A stretch of 64,000 nt of DNA from Octopus sinensis. Lineage: Eukaryota. Location of the stretch: the NCBI RefSeq assembly GCF_006345805.1, contig NC_042997.1, positions 191,518,001 to 191,582,000 of the forward strand, given 5' to 3'. Numbering within the stretch: position 1 is the stretch's first letter; the number at the start of each line of letters is the position of its first letter. Shown here piece by piece: positions 1-12,444 of this stretch. The notes below the pieces were generated by a model. The model made no database searches and had not been told where the DNA came from. It was given only the letters and a program-made list of their open reading frames with translations. The position numbers and the translations under genes are program-made.

Positions 1-3000
1 CTACCTCCTTTTTGTACAAACTGGCTAGATCTAGCCTTTCACACCTATCCTACAATGTCATTCTAAAAATAAACAATCATGTCACTGAAATCTTGAAGCT
101 ATGAGATAATGCACGATTAATTCAAAACAATGTGAATCAAAAAGCATTACATTTGAATAAACAATCTGAATGTTAAAGGGTTAAAACCTAATTCCAATAC
201 TTTATTTGGATCCTGTGGAGGCACATGGCTTAATGGTTAGGATGTTAGACTCATGATTGTAAGATTGTGATTTCAACTCCTGGACCAGGCAGTGCATTGT
301 GTTCTTGAGCAAAACACTTCATTTTCACGTTGTTCCAGTCCATTCACAGCTGGCAAAAATGAGTAATCTTGCAACAGACCAATGTCCTGTCTGGGAGGGT
401 ATATATGTGCCACAGAAACTGGCCCTACCAGTCAATATGACTCAAGAAGGATCTTCATCCTTTATCTTTTTTATTTGTATTTTAACTGTAAGGTTACTGA
501 TCCTAACTTTCAGCTGGGTAAGATGAAAACCAAAATTAATCCGGGTAGAATTTTGAGTTTGAAACTTGCAAAATTTAACAAGCCCATTTATCTTCAGTGA
601 ATGCTTCACTCTGTTCCATTCAGCTGACAAGCTGAGTAGTTAAGCCAAGCTTATTTTTCTTGAGTCATTTTACTAAATGGACCTTTTTCACTTTTTTTTT
701 TTTTTTGGAAGTCAGATGAGAAATGTTTAGGCAGTAACTACTATCCAGTTTATTTCACCACCATGTAACATCTAAAATTGTTTGGTAAAAAAAATATTCT
801 TAAGACTAAAGCATTATAGTTCTTGTATACATTTGTAATGGCACTGTGCAATAATGCAGCAAATAGTGGTAGTCCAATGTACTAATATCCCTAGCTGTAA
901 CCAATTATCCCTACGCTATCAATCAACACTATTACAAAACTACCAGTAAGGGCTGTTGACTAAAAAGCCATCCTTAACATATACCTAGCTACATTTGGTA
1001 GAAACCACTTCTAATTTTGCATGGACTTACGAAAACTAATTTGCTTATTCAGTTAATGATTAGCAGAAATCATTAACAAACTATTAGTTTTTAAAGAGTG
1101 TGTGTGTGTGTGTGTGTGGGTGGGTGCAAAAGTGATCAAACAATTTGTGGGATAACAGTCTGTGTAACAGCAATAATAAAAGTTGTGTTAAAAATAATTA
1201 AGATAAAATAATGTTGTTGTTGCATTTTCTCTTTCCTTCAAGACGCAAAGTATTCCGCAGAAGAAACCAACAAAACAGTCAACACTTCAATTTGACAGTC
1301 TATGTTTTTTTTCTTTTCTTTTTTTAAGAGATCTATTTTGCAAAAACTTATAAATAATATTAGCGCTCAAATAAGTATGTACAGTTTGGCAACTGAAAAT
1401 TGAATCTCTAATAGAAGGAAAAAAACCAAAAAAACGAAGGCAATGTAGCAATTATCACAATAATTATAGAATGACATGTGATAACTTTTCGTCCATAAAA
1501 TAATATTATGCAATGAACTGAACTGGATAGTTTCTAGCAATTAAAGGGTCAGTGAGATAAAACTGCTATCAGAGTTTCAACTAGGTAGGATTAAGTTTCA
1601 TTAATCAATCAATTAAAAAACAGAAGAAACATCAATGACACACCATAAATCAATCAATTTATTAGGTTTAGTCATTTTAGAATATAACAACCTAATGATT
1701 TAGGTCTTATGGACCTAATAATTTAGGTCTTAAATTTTGATGAGCTAAATGCCTAATTACTGCAGTTGACAAATTAATCCACTGAATTGAAGATGAAACC
1801 AGTTCAAGGTTCTAATTATGCTTGAACTGAGACCTTTTTTTCTTTTTCTTTCATAAAACATATTTATAGCAAAAATTACTTCATGTTGTATTTCAGAGAA
1901 GCTCTTTAAATTATCAACATCATTATAAAAAATATTTTTTTAAATTTAAAGAAAAAATGATTGCCTACAACTCTAGATACCAAGTTACCTGAACTCTTCC
2001 TGGTTTTATGATTCAAAATCATCCATTATTCAAGTTTATTTAAAATTGTAAACAATTTTTATGAGTACATTTTGTTTCACTGTGTTCAAAACACCAGATT
2101 AATAATAAAGAGGTTAGTTATTTTACTAAATTTAGTCCCAAATTCTTGATTATTAAAAAGGAACAAAAACTGATCACACAGACTGTGTATTGGTATAAAT
2201 ATGGTCACAAAAGAATTAAATAATCAGACCTAAATTGTTGCTAATTTTTGAGCCCAAAGTTAGTTGAAATTTAGAAAAGGAAAATTATGATTATCAATTT
2301 TGAACTCCAGAAGTTAAAAATAGCTGTGGATATATAATAATGGAGAAGGATCCATTTAACTGGTGGTATTTACAATCAAAGATTTTCAGGTCATGATCAA
2401 TCATCCAACCATTTTGTATAGTTAAGATTACAGTATCTAAGATGCCTGTCCCATTCTTTTTTAAAAGACAGAGTGTGATGAGAGAATCTGACTGCTCTCT
2501 CTAACAAGCTGAGTGACCATGCAGATATGCTCCTTTGTTGGTCTGCATCCATCAAATTATGCTCTAAGTAAGAAACTTTATACATTTCGAGAAAGATAGC
2601 TAATAATAGGGTTTCCACTTCACATTTAAGTGATGTAAGCATTAAGAACATTTCTCTTAACAATTCTTATTTAAATAACTAATTCCCCAGACTCACCTAA
2701 CTTGCAAAAGTTCCCTTAGCAGAAAGTCACAAAATTATATAAGTATGTATGACCATAACTGAGTCTTATTAATACACACTTATATAATAGCTACATGCTC
2801 AAGATATTTCAAGTTAGTAGATTATAAAACAAGGTCGGATAAGTCAATCCTGGTAACTGGCTTGATGTTAACTTTATTAGTATTTGTGAAAGAAACGTTG
2901 AAAAACAAAGAGGGGAAAAAATTAATGTTCAATGCATTTTAGTATTTGTCTCCAAAAATAAATTTTGCTCCATCATTTCAACCAAACCAATAATTCCAGA

Positions 3001-4109
3001 GACAATCTGAATTATATTTGGTAGAAAACACTGATTAAGTACTATTTTTTAATATTTCAAAATTTTTTTTTGTTTTCTGAGAGGTTACCTCAACTTACCA
3101 AAACATAATGCACATTGTAATACACGTGGGGAATTCAAGACTACAGATGAAGAAAAATCGCAATATCAGTAAACATATCACTTTATAGCTACCTACACTA
3201 ATACTATTACCAAAAATAATGTTTGTTTAAACAATCAAACCTTTGTTTATCTAACATTCTGGGTTAATCAATTTACATAGCGGCAACTGAAGGATGAAGA
3301 CTGAAGAACGGTATCGCATGACCGATACTTGATTTCACATAGTACCCGACCTCTTTCACTTTTTGTCTTTCTTTTTTTTTAAGAAGAAAATAATTACAGA
3401 GAACTTTGCACAAGCATGTTTTATTGAAGCTGCAAGCTACAGGAAAACTTTGCACAAGCATGCTTTATGTAAAGCTTCAGGCCAAAGAACATTATTTTTT
3501 TTTACAAGCATGTTTTATCTAAACAGTAATAAGCTACAGAAAACGAAACTAATGTAGAAGTAGTGGAAGCAATAAACTCTGCATAATAAAAACAATATTT
3601 TCAACAACAGTTTGTATAGCGAGGTGTAGATATTTGAAAATATATATTAATTAAGTTTCATCTCTGCTTTCAGTAACAGTTTGTACTGTGTGGTGTAGAT
3701 ATTTGGGAACATCAGTTAATTAAGTTTCATCTCTGCAGGTCATTCAAACATTGCTGCTGCTGTTTGTTCAGACACCTGAGGTTTACCATATTTCACCCAG
3801 TGGTGCCTGGTCGAGTAGAATGTCAGGTAGCAATAAAGAAACAAGGTGTTCGGTTTTGCTGGTTATGTACAAAGGAGGTGAGCAAAGATAACTTCTTATA
3901 GAATAGTTACTATAGGCGTAGGAGTGGCTGTGTAGTAAGTAGCTTGCTTACGAACCACATGGTTCCAGGTTCAGTCCCACTGCATGGCACCTTGGGCAAG
4001 TGTCTACTACTATAGTCTCGAACCGACCAAAGCCGTGTGAGTGGATTTGGTAGATGGAAACTGAAAGGAGCCCGTCGTATATATGTGTATGTATGTGTAT
4101 GTATGTATG

Positions 4110-4143
<34 letters not shown>

Positions 4144-5363
4144 ATATATATATATCATCATCATTTAATGTCCGTTTTCCATGCTAGCATGGGTTGGACG
4201 GTTTGACCGGGGTCTGGGAAGCCAAGAGGCTGCACCAGGCTCCAATCTGATCTGGCAGTGTTTTTACAGCTGGATGCACTTTCTAATGCCAACCACTCCG
4301 TGAGTGTAGCGGGTGCTTTTTACATGCCACCAGCACAGGTGCCAGGCGAGACTGGCAACGGCCACGATCGGTAGGTGCTTTTTACATGCTGCCGGCATGG
4401 AAGCCAGTCAAGACGGCACTGGCATCGGCCACATTCGGATGGTGCTTTTTACATGCCACTGCCACAGGTATCACAACTACAATTTCCATTTGATTTTTTG
4501 ATGCTGATGTTGATATACTTGACTCAATAGGTCTCCTCAAGCACAGCAGGTCACCCTATGATCCAAGGTACTTTGGATGGGTTGGGGCTTCTATGTGAAG
4601 CTGGTGCAGGAAACAGCCACAAACTCATGTCATTTGTTGGGTCTTCGCAGTCACAGCATATCTCCAGAGGTCTTGGTCTTTCATCATTGCCTCTGTGAGG
4701 CCCAACCCATGCTCACATGGGTTGGACGATTTGACTCAGGACTGGCGAACCACATGGCTGCACCAGGCTCCAATCTGATTTGGCAGAGTTTCTACAGCTG
4801 GATGCCCTTCATAATGCCAACCACTCCGAGAGTCTAGTGGGTGCTTTTACATGTCACCGGCACGAGGGACAGTCAAGCAGTACCGGCAACGACCATGCTC
4901 AAATGGTGTTTTTTTACGTGCCACCTGCACAGGAGCCAGTCCAGCAGCAATGGTAACGACCTCACTCAAATGTTTTTTTCATGTGCTACCGGCAAAAGTG
5001 CTAGTAAGGTGACGCTGGTAACGATCACACTTGCATGGTGCTTTTTACGTGCCACCGGCACGGAAGCCAGTCAGCTGCTCTAGCAACGATCACACTCGGA
5101 TGGTGCTCTTAGTGCTCCACTAGAACGGATACCAGTCATCAAATTTGATATATATATGTATATATAGCTTTTTATTGAAACTAAAACTGAGCATTTGTCT
5201 CAAGTTGAACCTCACACCATTGTGATCTTCAAATGAGAATGCAGCAGTGGGAAACTTGAGTTATGAGACAAGCTCATAAAAAACAAACAATCCTCTATAA
5301 CAAGTAACAAGCATTCCTCCTCTCATTTCTCCAACATAAACAAAAGTGTGTGTATGTGCGCAC

Positions 5364-5404
<41 letters not shown>

Positions 5405-6470
5405 CATACAAACACCTAATTTAACTGATATAAATATGGTGGCAGTAATGAGAGAACACTGTAGATACAAATGATAAAGTTTTGCCAATGTGGATTACTG
5501 GGGCTCAGATTTTCATAGCTGAATACCAACCCATCCTCAACATATTTTGGTGAAACGAAATGACTATTTTCTTAAAATCTAGGCAGATTGATTACAATAT
5601 AATGATTGTGGACAATAGTGTACATTATGATGTTTGTATAATATCTGAAGAAGCTTTAAAGGGCGGGGGGGGGGGGGGTACATTTTTTTATTTATTACAA
5701 ATCCGTGTTTGAGAAAATGATTGTCAGAAGATTCTCGAACACGATATCAATGAGAAATAGAAGAGAGAGTGAATATAATCCACTTGGGAATGCCTGTAAT
5801 TTTAGAACAGACATCAGTTTTTAAATTCCCATATAAAAGGAAAATGGGAAACATATAAAAATAAATAAATAAATGTAAAATAGAAAGGTTTTATTGTGGT
5901 AGCAATCTAATAATAATAATAATAATCAATGCAGGAGATGAAAAATTATTTAAAAAAAAAATTTTTTTTTTTCCAAAACTTGTAATAAATATATATCAAA
6001 TGAGCAAATATCAGGCAAATAAAGAGTGAGTCTGAACAAAGCCAGGTGATAGGCAATTAATTCTGTGTGCATCTTTGCTGTAGTAATGGTGCTAATTATG
6101 CAAATGAGACCAGAGAAAAGTGAAAAGATTTAAAAAATAAAAAAAAAAATAAGGATCAAATTCATTCGGAATAAATGTGAACAAGAGAGAAATTTTTACG
6201 ACCATAACAGTTATAGACTTTAGTTAATAACGACATTTCTAAAACTAACAAACATACCAAACAACATCAACAAAGCTAACAATGAAAACCCAGCAGCAAC
6301 AACAATAAAAAATAAATCACACAACAACAACAACAAGAGAGCAACAACACAACAAACTTGTATGGAGTACACCCCACCCTTCCGTTGTGTGTTTATATAA
6401 AAACACATAAATTACTCAAGAAGTAAAAAAAAGTCTTTTTTTAGTAATAAGTAACTGTAAGTATATATAC

Positions 6471-6595
6471 CAGGAGACAATGGTCGGGATGTGGTTGGTG
6501 AAGCATACGGTATTGGACTGGACACTGTTCGTGGACGGACATTATGACCTTGACTACTCGACATGTCATGTTGCTTTGTCATTTCATTGAAATGT
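6471..6595 (-). CDS. CCDC6: CCDC6 coding exon (exon 7 equivalent), 125 bp; may instead read through to a stop at 6412
   Basis: (R)[41 protein letters not shown], cf. human RYFNEM...[23 protein letters not shown]. Acceptor attttag|, candidate donor |gtatat. Confidence 0.88.
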
Positions 6596-6923
6596 CTAAA
6601 ATATAGGGAAAAAAAAAAAATCAAACGTTAAAAGCATGTCTAAAATGTCTAAAATATAGGGAAAAAAAAAAAAATCAAACGTTAAAAGCATTTTCATCTT
6701 ACGCAGTCCACACTCAGCAAACCAGCCAGGTATAAATGGTGAATAAACAAAATTTAAAAGCAAAACTATTAGCAGGCAGGGTTTCTTCTGTTAAGGTTCA
6801 GCACTTGTCAGGCATCTGTTGATATTTAGCATATAGTCAGCCCTGATCGAGCAATTCTTATGATTAAAGCTATTCAATATTATTCACATTTGACGGATAT
6901 TTGTTCTCATCTTGTTTGTTGTT

Positions 6924-6969
6924 AACACAACATTTTGGCTGATGTACTTTCCAGCCTTCATCAGGTGTC
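6924..6969 (-). ncRNA. Degenerate hammerhead motif, inverted copy
   Basis: Minus strand gacac-CTGATGA-a-ggctg...cagcc-AAAA-tgtt-gtgtt. Stems I and II intact; GAAA mutated to AAAA, consistent with CpG decay. Confidence 0.55.
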
Positions 6970-7127
6970 CTGGGGGAATTTTGAACCTGGGCATATGGTG
7001 TAATGGTTAAGAGTGCAGGCTACTAACCCCACGATTCCAAGTTCGATTCCAGGTAGTGACCTGAATAATGATAATAACATTGGAAAAATACCTTAGGAAT
7101 GAGAACCCAAGTTTGAAATTCCCCCAA

Positions 7128-7173
7128 GACATCTGATGAAGGCTGGAGAGTACATCAGCTGAAATGTTGTATT
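7128..7173 (+). ncRNA. Degenerate minimal type-I hammerhead ribozyme motif
   Basis: gacat-CTGATGA-a-ggctg(loop)cagct-GAAA-tgtt-gtatt; both core boxes and stem II present, stem I has a mismatch. Confidence 0.65.
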
Positions 7174-8304
7174 AACAACAAACAAGATGAGGTCAAATAT
7201 CCGTCAAATGTAAATAATGTACATAATTCCTCATCTCTTAAATATAGAACTATTAAAGTTATTCAAGCCATGATTATAATTATCCCATTTTTTATATATT
7301 GTTTTTTAATGCAGGACTATGCTGTCCAACAAGTCTCCTTTTAAGATGAAGCATAATATGGTATGATTCAAGGGAGATTTTTTTACAGCTGTTTCTAGTA
7401 GGTTCAGCCATCCTATTGAAACTACCATGAAGAAACATATGGTGACTCAGTAAAAAATAAAAATGATTTAAAAAAAAAAAAAAGGCAAAAAGCAATTAAA
7501 GTACTAAAGGGTTCCCAAGACCAATGCTTAGGTTGAGTCCCAAATGAGTGAGGGGAGAGATGACTAAGTGAAAAGTTCCTGTCTTGAAGGTAACATTCCC
7601 AGACCTAGTCCCTTGCGGCAGCTCCAACTGTTATGATTGCTACTACTTCTTAACTAGAGGTACACAAAGCAGTGTTGACTGAAATATGTGTATTGGTGCC
7701 AATGTCACATAAAAAGTACTTATACTGGTGTCACATACAAAGCACCCAGTTACACTGTAAAGTAGTTGGCAATAGAAAGGCCATCCAACCATAGAAACCA
7801 TGCGAAAATAGACAATTGGAGCTAGGCTAGCTCCTGTCAAACCATCCAACCAATACAAGCATGGAAAACAGACATTAAATGATGATGATGATGTGTTATG
7901 TGCCACCTTGACTGGCTTCCGTGTCGGTGGCACATAAACAGCACCAACCAATCATGGCCGTTTCCAGCCTCCTCTGGCCGCTGTGCCAGTGACACATAAA
8001 AAGCACCCACTACACTCACAGAGTGGTTGGCGTTAGGAAGGCTATCTAGCTTTAGAAATACTGCAAGATCAGACTGGAGCTTGGTGCAGCCTTCTGGCTT
8101 CCCAGACCCCGGTCAAACTGTCCAACCCACGCTAGCATGGTAAATGGACATTAAACGATGATGATGATGATGATGATGTACACTCAAACATGGAAAGACT
8201 TTTGCTGTGGTAATTCTCAGGAGAGAAATTCTTATAGACAATGCATGGGGAAAATGCATCACTGAGTTATGAATGACATCATCAAACCTTAGGACATGTG
8301 ATTC

Positions 8305-8740
8305 TACCTGGCAGCTGACTTGGCAGACACCCATAAAATTATCAACCATCTTACAAACAATAACTGAGCACCTTTTCAAAAACTCCACCTGTCTAACACC
8401 TGTGGACATGTTTACGAAGTCAGAAAACAGCACAGCTCCCATGACTTTAGGAAACATTTTTTCACGCTAAGAATTGCTGAAGTCTGGAACAAACTGCTGG
8501 CATCGGTTGTTAGTTGTCGGAGCACTGCATCCTTCAAAACTTCCATGCTTTCTGAGATTCACCAACACTACACCTGATTTCCTCCCCTCCATACACACAC
8601 AAGCATGTATCTGACTCATACATTGTTCGCTTTCCAGACATTTGTACATTACTGCATACACTTTATACACACTTTCTGACAAGTTGTGGTGCACCTGAGC
8701 ACTGTATACAAACATTTCATTATTATTATTATTATTATTT
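8305..8740 (+). mobile_element. CR1-clade LINE 3' fragment (same family, opposite strand)
   Basis: Reverse complement of about 28085-28505; ends in (att)n. Confidence 0.85.
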
Positions 8741-8964
8741 TAAATTTACTATTTGTTGTTTAAGAAAAGAGTGGTTCATAGTGGGGCAGAATTACTGGGA
8801 CCCATTTTAATGACAATTGAACAAGTCACAAAAATACAAAGTTCAACTCTACAACCCCAGACATCACCAACACAAGATAGCCATCTTTATTGTTTGCTGA
8901 CATACATTTTAAACACACACACAAAATGACTTGTTTGATAAGTCAGAGAAACAAGATGTTTTAC

Positions 8965-9121
8965 CTTTCATCATCCATTTCAAGACTGGATTCACTTTCT
9001 GAAAGATGCCTACATAGGCTCTCTCGCCGCTCCATCTCCATCTGAAGTTTGCGCTGTAACCGCAAATTCTCTTCCCTGATTTGTCTTTCTTCTTGTGCAT
9101 ATTGAGCCATTTTCTCTTCAT
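8965..9121 (-). CDS. CCDC6: CCDC6 coding exon (exon 6 equivalent), 157 bp
   Basis: (H)[51 protein letters not shown]+AG. Acceptor gttatgaag|, donor |gtaaaa; phase 1/2. Confidence 0.95.
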
Positions 9122-9251
9122 CTTCATAACAGAAATATAATATAGTATGAAACAAAGAGAGAGAAAACATGAAAGAAAGCAATACAAATTTCACAATAAT
9201 CATTTTAAACAAGAGTTTCACTGAAACTGATAATGTGATATTATGTAAATA

Positions 9252-9771
9252 CCGTAAATCCTTGAGTATAGTCTGCCCTTGAGTATAATATGCAGTGGAT
9301 TTTTAGGGGGCTGTACCTCTGAAAAACCTAAACCTTGTGTTTAATACACACCCCTTCTCTAACTTGAGTTGTGCGTAATTAAGCCAGCAGCACCTATTCG
9401 AACAAACACTTCCACGCATGCGTAATACAATAATGGTGGTGTTCTTAACTGTTATATGGGAATGTAAATATGTTTGCAAATTATTTTTGTTACATGTTAT
9501 TCTGTGTTCTGAATACTTTTATTTTAATAAATGTTGCTTACTGTAAGTTATGGGTGATGCTTTTATGACTTCATTGCTTTCAGGCTTAGCTTAAGGTATT
9601 TTCACGTCCAACATCACAAAATGCATCTCAATAAACATTGCCGGACAGCAAATAGACTCGGACATTGCTTAGAAAATATTTTTCCTTTTTAACCTCGTAT
9701 ATAGTATGCACTAGGGATTTTGACCTTTAAATTTTTGGGGAAAAATGCGGATTATACTCGAGGATTTACGG
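9252..9771. mobile_element. Tc1/pogo-type MITE (CCGTA termini)
   Basis: TA|ccgtaaatccttgagtata ... tatactcgaggatttacgg|TA. Confidence 0.88.
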
Positions 9772-11635
9772 TAACCTTTTTAAAGCCATTATAGAATAAG
9801 ACAATGGTGATCCTTGCCACCAGCGTCTTTGAGACTACTTTTCAATGCTGGCATATATATATTGGGGGTATTTTCATATATTTCAATCCTACAGCATCTC
9901 AGGTATTGTTATTATTTTGTTCCATGTCATTTGTAACCCATGCCCTAGCAATATATGGTGGGGTGCTGAAAAGTTCCTGGCTTTAAGGGTATCGTGATTG
10001 GAGGCTTAATCTTATGAGTTCTTTTACAGAGCTGAGATAAATTGAAGGATCATTGCAATAAGAGTATGAATCAAGTACTTGCAAGACAAAAACTTTTAAG
10101 AGGGAAGAAGGTATTGGAAGAGGTGATGACGAAAAGAGACAGATATAGGTGTCTTGCTGAAGAGAAAGTACAAGGTTACCAAGCCAGAGAGTGAAAGATC
10201 AGGAATGAAGACAGAAACAGGTGTACTACTGCAAAGAAGATACATGGTTGCCCAACCTGAGGGAAGTGCAGGGGAGAGAGATCGCAAATCAAAATCAAAA
10301 TAATGGCTTCAAATTTGAGCTCAAGACCAGCAACTTTTGGAGAGGGGTTAAGTTGGTTGCATCAACCCCAGTATTTAGCTGGTACTTATTTTATTGACCC
10401 CGAAAGGATGAATGGCCAAGTTGACCTCAGTGGGATTTCAACTCAGAACATAAAGACCGACAAAATACTGCTATGCATTTTGCCCAGCATGCAGTGTATT
10501 AATTATTCTGCCAGCTCACCAATGCTTCCTACTAAATACACAAAGCCTGAAATGTGGGTGGGGAGGAAGCTAGTTGGTTATGTTAACCCCCCGTGCTTGA
10601 CCAGTACTTATATATCAACTCCCAAAAGATGAAAGGCAAAGTCGACTTCAGAGGAATTTGAAGAAAGGAAATGTTAACTTGATGGTATTTGAAATTAGGC
10701 ATAGCTAAATACTGCAAAGTGCTTTGTCCAAAGATCAACACCCAATCAATAATGACAGTAATGATAATAATAATAATTGCTGCAATAAAGGTTGCAAGAC
10801 GCAACGAAAATTTTAGGAAAATAAAAATAAGAAATAAGTGGAAATTTTACCGGTGAGTGTGTTACATAATAAGGCACAAAAAGAAAATGGCTCTCCCCAG
10901 ACACAACAGAATATGCTTCAACACACGAACTCATATAAAGAATCTTGCAAACCAAATCCAAAAACGAAAACAATAATAATTGTTTTAAGGTTAGGCAGGG
11001 AGGAAGCCAGTCAATTTCATTGATTCTACTATTTGATTGGTATTGTATTGCATTAACATGAAAAGTTGAAAGACAAAGTTGACCTCAGCAGGATTTGAAT
11101 ATGTTCTGAGTTCAAATACTATATAGGCCAACTTTGCATTTCATCCTTTCAAGGTCAATAAAATAAAGTACAGGTCAAGTACTGAGTCAATAGTATTGAC
11201 TAATTACCTCTCCTCGAAAGTGCTGGCGTTATGCCTAATTTATTATTATTATCATTATTAACATCTGACTTATTCAGCTTGTAGCTGGAAGTGTCATTAA
11301 TGTACCAGCTTCCTGTCAACTAAGGTGGTATGTTCTTTTCAAGTCTTGGGGACTTAGCAGAGACTCTTTACACTGCCAGGTCTTTTTTCATTTTTCTGCC
11401 GATCTTATCCAACCACTTTTAAAATTTCTTTTCTCACTGTAACTAGGGTATCAACAATTATTGGCACAATGTAAACCATTTTCATCAACCATACCGTTAT
11501 TATTATTAAGGCAATGAGCCGGAAGAATCATGAGCACACTGGATGAAATGCTTAGTGGTCGATGTAATTGACTTAATCCCTTTCCCCAAATTTGAGGCCT
11601 TGTGCTTCCAATAGAAAGGATTATTATTATTATTA

Positions 11636-11980
11636 TTACCTCTGCCTTAGCGAAGGTATTGTTTTCAGTTGTGTTTGTTTGTGGACAAGAACCACTGGAT
11701 GGATTTGGGTGAAACTTTCAGGGAGGTTTGGCCTCATGACTGACACAAGCTGATTAGATTTTGGATCAAACCGGTACCAGACAAGGATTCTGGATTATTT
11801 TTCCTGCTTTTTTTTTTGCTTAATTTTTGAGAGCGGTTGGGTTCATTTTTAGTATTCTTGTTTGTGAGAGCTGTTGAGTTTATTTCAGATATTCTCATTT
11901 TAAAAATCATCTCAGGCTAATCATTGAGAGGACGTTAGTATTGCCTTGGCAGAGGTTTGTGCTTTCTGATTACTCTTGTT
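11636..11980 (+). mobile_element. Helentron-associated (HINE/DINE-like) element
   Basis: ttacctctgcc start, gttt microsatellite, sub-terminal inverted ggcagaggt and 3' stem before a T-rich end. Confidence 0.55.
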
Positions 11981-12286
11981 ATTTATTATTATTATTATTA
12001 TTATTAGTAAAGTGGTGAGCTGGCTAATTTGCTACCATGCTGGACAAAATGCTTGCTAGCATTTCTTCTGGCTTACACTGAGCTCAAATTCCGCTAAGGT
12101 TGATTTTGCCTTTTATCCTTTTGGATTTGATAGAATAAATACCAGTTAAGTACTGGGGTCGATATAACTGACATGCCATCCTCCCACAATATTTCAGGCC
12201 TTGTGCCTATAGTACAAAGGAATATTACTAACAACAACAACAACAACAACATTAATCACAGGCAAGAGGTAAGAAATGATACGTAC

Positions 12287-12444
12287 GTTCTGTTTGAGCT
12301 GCTTGTAATTGCTGCTTCAAGCGAGATACCTCAGCTCGGAGGTGTTCTATGTGCTGGGCAAGGTTCTGTGCAGTATCTCCGTTATTCATATCACGTGGGG
12401 AAGGAGGAGAGGACACAGGCTGATCAAGTTTCGCTTGTAACATT
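12287..12444 (-). CDS. CCDC6: CCDC6 coding exon (exon 5 equivalent), 158 bp
   Basis: A+MLQAKLDQPVSSPPSPRDMNNGDTAQNLAQHIEHLRAEVSRLKQQLQAAQTE+C, cf. human LQEKLDQPVSAPPSPRD. Acceptor tttcag|, donor |gtacgt; phase 2/1. Confidence 0.93.

Larger units (their letters stand above)
6878..7251 (+). mobile_element. Non-autonomous tRNA-headed retroelement with hammerhead motif and inverted partial duplication (Penelope-like architecture)
   Basis: 15-bp TSD attaaag(c/t)tattcaa at 6863-6877 and 7252-7266. tRNA-like head 6989-7062 with A box TGGTGTAATGG and B box GTTCGATTCC. About 113-bp inverted arms 6879-6991 and 7106-7218. Confidence 0.8.

Noticed and set aside
3290-3340. Possible hammerhead (CTGAAGA-acggt...acc-GATA)
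   Set aside because: The GAAA box is mutated, there is no convincing stem III or NUH triplet, and no second copy supports it.
6989-7062. Functional tRNA gene
   Set aside because: Acceptor stem is imperfect and it is embedded in a TSD-flanked insertion; treated as an element head. The same applies to the SINE heads at 3914, 41322 and 49608.
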